The notes beneath the pieces were generated by a model. That model worked only from the letters and a program-made list of their open reading frames with translations, made no database searches and was not told where the DNA came from. The translations under genes and the position numbers were made by a program. Below, piece after piece: positions 61,077 through 64,000 of a stretch of 64,000 nt of DNA. The first letter of the stretch is position 1. Every line of letters starts with the position of its first letter. The DNA comes from Zootoca vivipara (lineage: Eukaryota). The stretch is taken from assembly GCF_963506605.1 (NCBI RefSeq), contig NC_083276.1, positions 115,010,001 to 115,074,000 on the forward strand, read 5' to 3'.

Positions 61077-62563
61077 GTGTCCCTCTGTTTCCCCACCTCC
61101 CCGCGGCAGACTAGCAGGGCGGCCCCTCTGGAAGCGAATGCAACGGGAGGCGCGTAGACGTTGCTTATTAACACGCGCGCGCGCATGCACAAGTATGCGC
61201 TCCGTTTGCTTGTGGCGGAGGCGCCTTCCGTTCCAGTGCAGCAATCGTGGTGTGAGACCAGGCGACAATGCCTGCGCCTGGAAACCGAAGCAATAAGGCA
61301 AGAATAGTCGAGAAGCCACTCCTCGCTGTCAAGGGACAAAGAACACAGAACGGGATCCACTAGGAAAGGCGGCTTCCTCGGCTCTCCCCACTGCAGCGTA
61401 GGCCCCACCGCCACGCGCAAAATAAGACCCCGCGTAACATCTTCACCGCTCCCCGCCAAAATCTGCATGAGAAATACTAAAGATCCAGGGAACAGCCTAA
61501 CACCCCTCGAGCATTTTCAATTCACACAGATTTTTGCTTCAGGGCAAGCAAACACAGCCGCGGTTTTGTCACTTCCATCTTCCTTCCACTCCTGGGAGAA
61601 ACGCGAAGATCTTCCCATCTTCTGCTCCCAACCACCTCCCCATCTCTCTCTGTCTGCCCCCCCCCAACTTTTATCTAACAATCAGGGCTCCAAAAAGTGG
61701 GGGAGGGGTTGTTCGAGCAATCCAGAGACCACGGAGGGGGCTCAGGGCATCGAGGCACAAAACGCTGGAATGCCTTGCGAAGTAACCGAGGAAGATGACA
61801 GCCAAGCCTTGACTGCGAGGTCACGTGCCTTTGTCGCAATAAATACATGTGCGCGCATATGCGCGCGTGTCTGTGTGTAGCTATTTCAAAATAATGCATT
61901 TTATTGTGAACCACTTTAAAAAAATGTTCCAACGCTTCCTTGTTTTGTGGTTTTAGTAAAACAAACCCCCACAACAGCCCCCCCCTCCACTCACACCCTG
62001 CATCCTACTGCAATGTAGCTGGAGCCATACACGGATTACCTGCCAATGCAACCATTTTTGGGCCTTTCCCATTCAGCCAGTCACACACAATATTCTCCCT
62101 TTGCTTTCACGCAGTTCCAGGCGGCGGGCGGGCGTTCGACGCGTTCCTTCCCCCAAACTGAAGCCTTGGTGAGGGTGGAATGAATGTTAAAGAACATAAC
62201 AAAAGAAAGAAACAGAGGAGGGGGTGGGGTGGGGAGAGCTGACACCACACATTTCCTTTATTATAGTTACTTCCTTCCCCCTTCAGCCAAGTAGTGAGGC
62301 TTTCGCCGATTTACAAAGCCAAGCAGGTTGATGGGGGGCGGGGAGAGAGAATCTGACTGCTTGGGCTAGACCCCTGTCAACGCTCCCCTCCAGATTTTGC
62401 CTGCGTTTTCGCCTGGAATCCGTAGTGGCTTCGCTTCGCCTCGGTTCGCGTCGCTTTGTTGTTCCTCTGCTGAGCCGGGAGACAGCCGCTCCAGAGGCAA
62501 GTTCATGATTAACAGGGAGGAAGAGAGCCAGCCCCAAGACGCCCCCCTCCCTGGGCGGCGTCT

Positions 62564-62802
62564 CTAGTAGAGCGAGAGCGCCTGCTCGCGCATCACCACG
62601 CGCTTCTTCTTCATCCGCCGGTTCTGGAACCAAATCTTCACTTGCTGGTCGCTCAGATTCAGTCTGTTGGACAGCTCTTTCCGCTTCTGCCGGTTGATGA
62701 ACTCGCTGAGGAGGAACTCGCTCTCCAGCTCGGTGATCTGTTGCTTCGTGTATGGCTTCCGTTTCTTCCTCGACCTCCCTGGCGTAGGGCACCAGGGCAA
62801 AC
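62564..62802 (-). CDS. HOXD12: HoxD12 coding exon 2 (homeobox)
   Basis: Acceptor TTGCAG| then [79 protein letters not shown]. Spliced CDS 849 nt = 282 aa. Confidence 0.96.
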
Positions 62803-63349
62803 CTGCAACAGAACAAGACACATCGAGAAGGGGGTTTGTGTTTGGTTCGTTCTTGCTTGGCGCGCTTGGTCTGACCGAGCTGGGCCCCCGTTGCTCTGGG
62901 TGGTCTAACGCAAGCGCGGAGGAAGCCGAGCTTATGGCAAGGAGGTGGGGAAGCCTATTCCAAGAAAGCAAGGCGGTTTTTAATCCTCTAGGATTTAAAC
63001 CTGTAGGATTATGCGCTTTGGGGTGGGATCGAAGTGATGCGCCGCAGTCCGATTTTGCACAAGTCCCATCCCGAGCAAGCGCCACTGAACCCAGAGGGAC
63101 TTACTCCCGACGCAGGATCAGGCCTAGGGTGTTGGTGGCGGCGATCCTACTCAGATTTCCATGGAAATGAAATCGGTGAGGCAGATAGGCCTAACAGCTT
63201 TACCGTGGAAGTAATCTCACCGAGTGTACCGGAGTTTGGGTGCAACTTTTGTGAAGGCTCAGGGACTGGGGGTTCATTGGCTGGGGAGGGTTGGGTTGGG
63301 TTGGGTGGGTGGGATTCTCTCCTCTATCTAGCAGCGAGAAGGCACATAC

Positions 63350-63959
63350 CGTCCTGCAGAGGAGGTCTGAGGTTTGGCTGGGTTGCTGCGGGCGGGAGTG
63401 TCAGGTTCAAGTTGATGGCGTGCTTGAGGTCCTCCTTAAAAAAGCCCGAGGCGGAAGAATCCGCGTTCAAAAGAGACGCTGATGCGTTGGGCAGGCTTCT
63501 CGGCTCATACCTGAGCCCTTTGGCCTGAGTCGCCGCCGCCGCCATCCTCACCATTCTCCCGCAACTCGAGTCGTCGGCCAAAGCTTCCCGGCTCTGCCTG
63601 CCTCTCTCGTCCTGCTTGGGAGCGGCTTCGTGGGCGGAGTACTTGGGATGGTGGCCGTCCAAGGCGGCTTTGCTGCCGCTGGGGTTGAGGCTAACACCGG
63701 GGAGGGAGCCAGTGGCTGCGGCGAGGTAAGACGGAGCCTGCGACGAGCCGCTGAGTACGTGGCTGGAGGGCTGAGCTGGGCAGGAGCTGGCGCAAGTCCA
63801 CGCGATGGGGCTCCTCGGGTAGGAGAGCGCGGGCAACGAGGCAGCCAGCTGGTGGCTTCCATTAGCTCGCAGGTTGGGGAAGTAAAAGGAGTCGGCGGCA
63901 GAGGGCAAGTTCAGGAGGGAGCCCACGTAGCCCGGCCGGCAGAGGCTGCGATCGCACAT
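63350..63959 (-). CDS. HOXD12: HoxD12 coding exon 1
   Basis: ATG at 63959 gives MCDRSLCRPGYVGSLLNL...SFYFPNLRANG, the Hox12 N-terminus. Donor G|GTATGT has its GT at 63349-63348. 610 nt, phase 1. Confidence 0.95.
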
Positions 63960-64000
63960 TTTCCAACGCGAAGGACGTGCGCTTCCTCCGTCTTTATTCA

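Overview
This is vertebrate DNA holding the central-to-posterior part of a HoxD cluster, transcribed on the minus strand. From right to left it contains HoxD12, HoxD11, HoxD10, HoxD9 and HoxD8, each intact with two coding exons and a canonical phase-1 GT-AG intron. About 23.6 kb of gene-free DNA follows toward HoxD4; HoxD4 and miR-10b are not reached. The repeat content (CR1 and L2-like tails, a tRNA-SINE, hAT and Tigger-like MITEs, a Penelope-like terminus), an intact HoxD12 and expanded Ala/Gly/Ser tracts point to a squamate lizard, probably lacertid-like (inference). Highlights: (1) a Penelope-type inverted insertion with a target-site duplication carries a complete minimal hammerhead ribozyme in Hox-sense orientation; (2) an out-of-frame uORF over the HoxD10 start looks like a frameshifted paralogue of the HoxA10 N-terminal extension; (3) two orphan Hox-type promoters lie where lost paralogues (Hox5, Hox7) would sit; (4) the HoxD12 homeodomain has unusual substitutions; (5) there are oriented CTCF motifs and nuclear-receptor (DR0/DR1) elements. 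Three N gaps limit what can be seen. Comparisons with other species are from memory and need checking by alignment.
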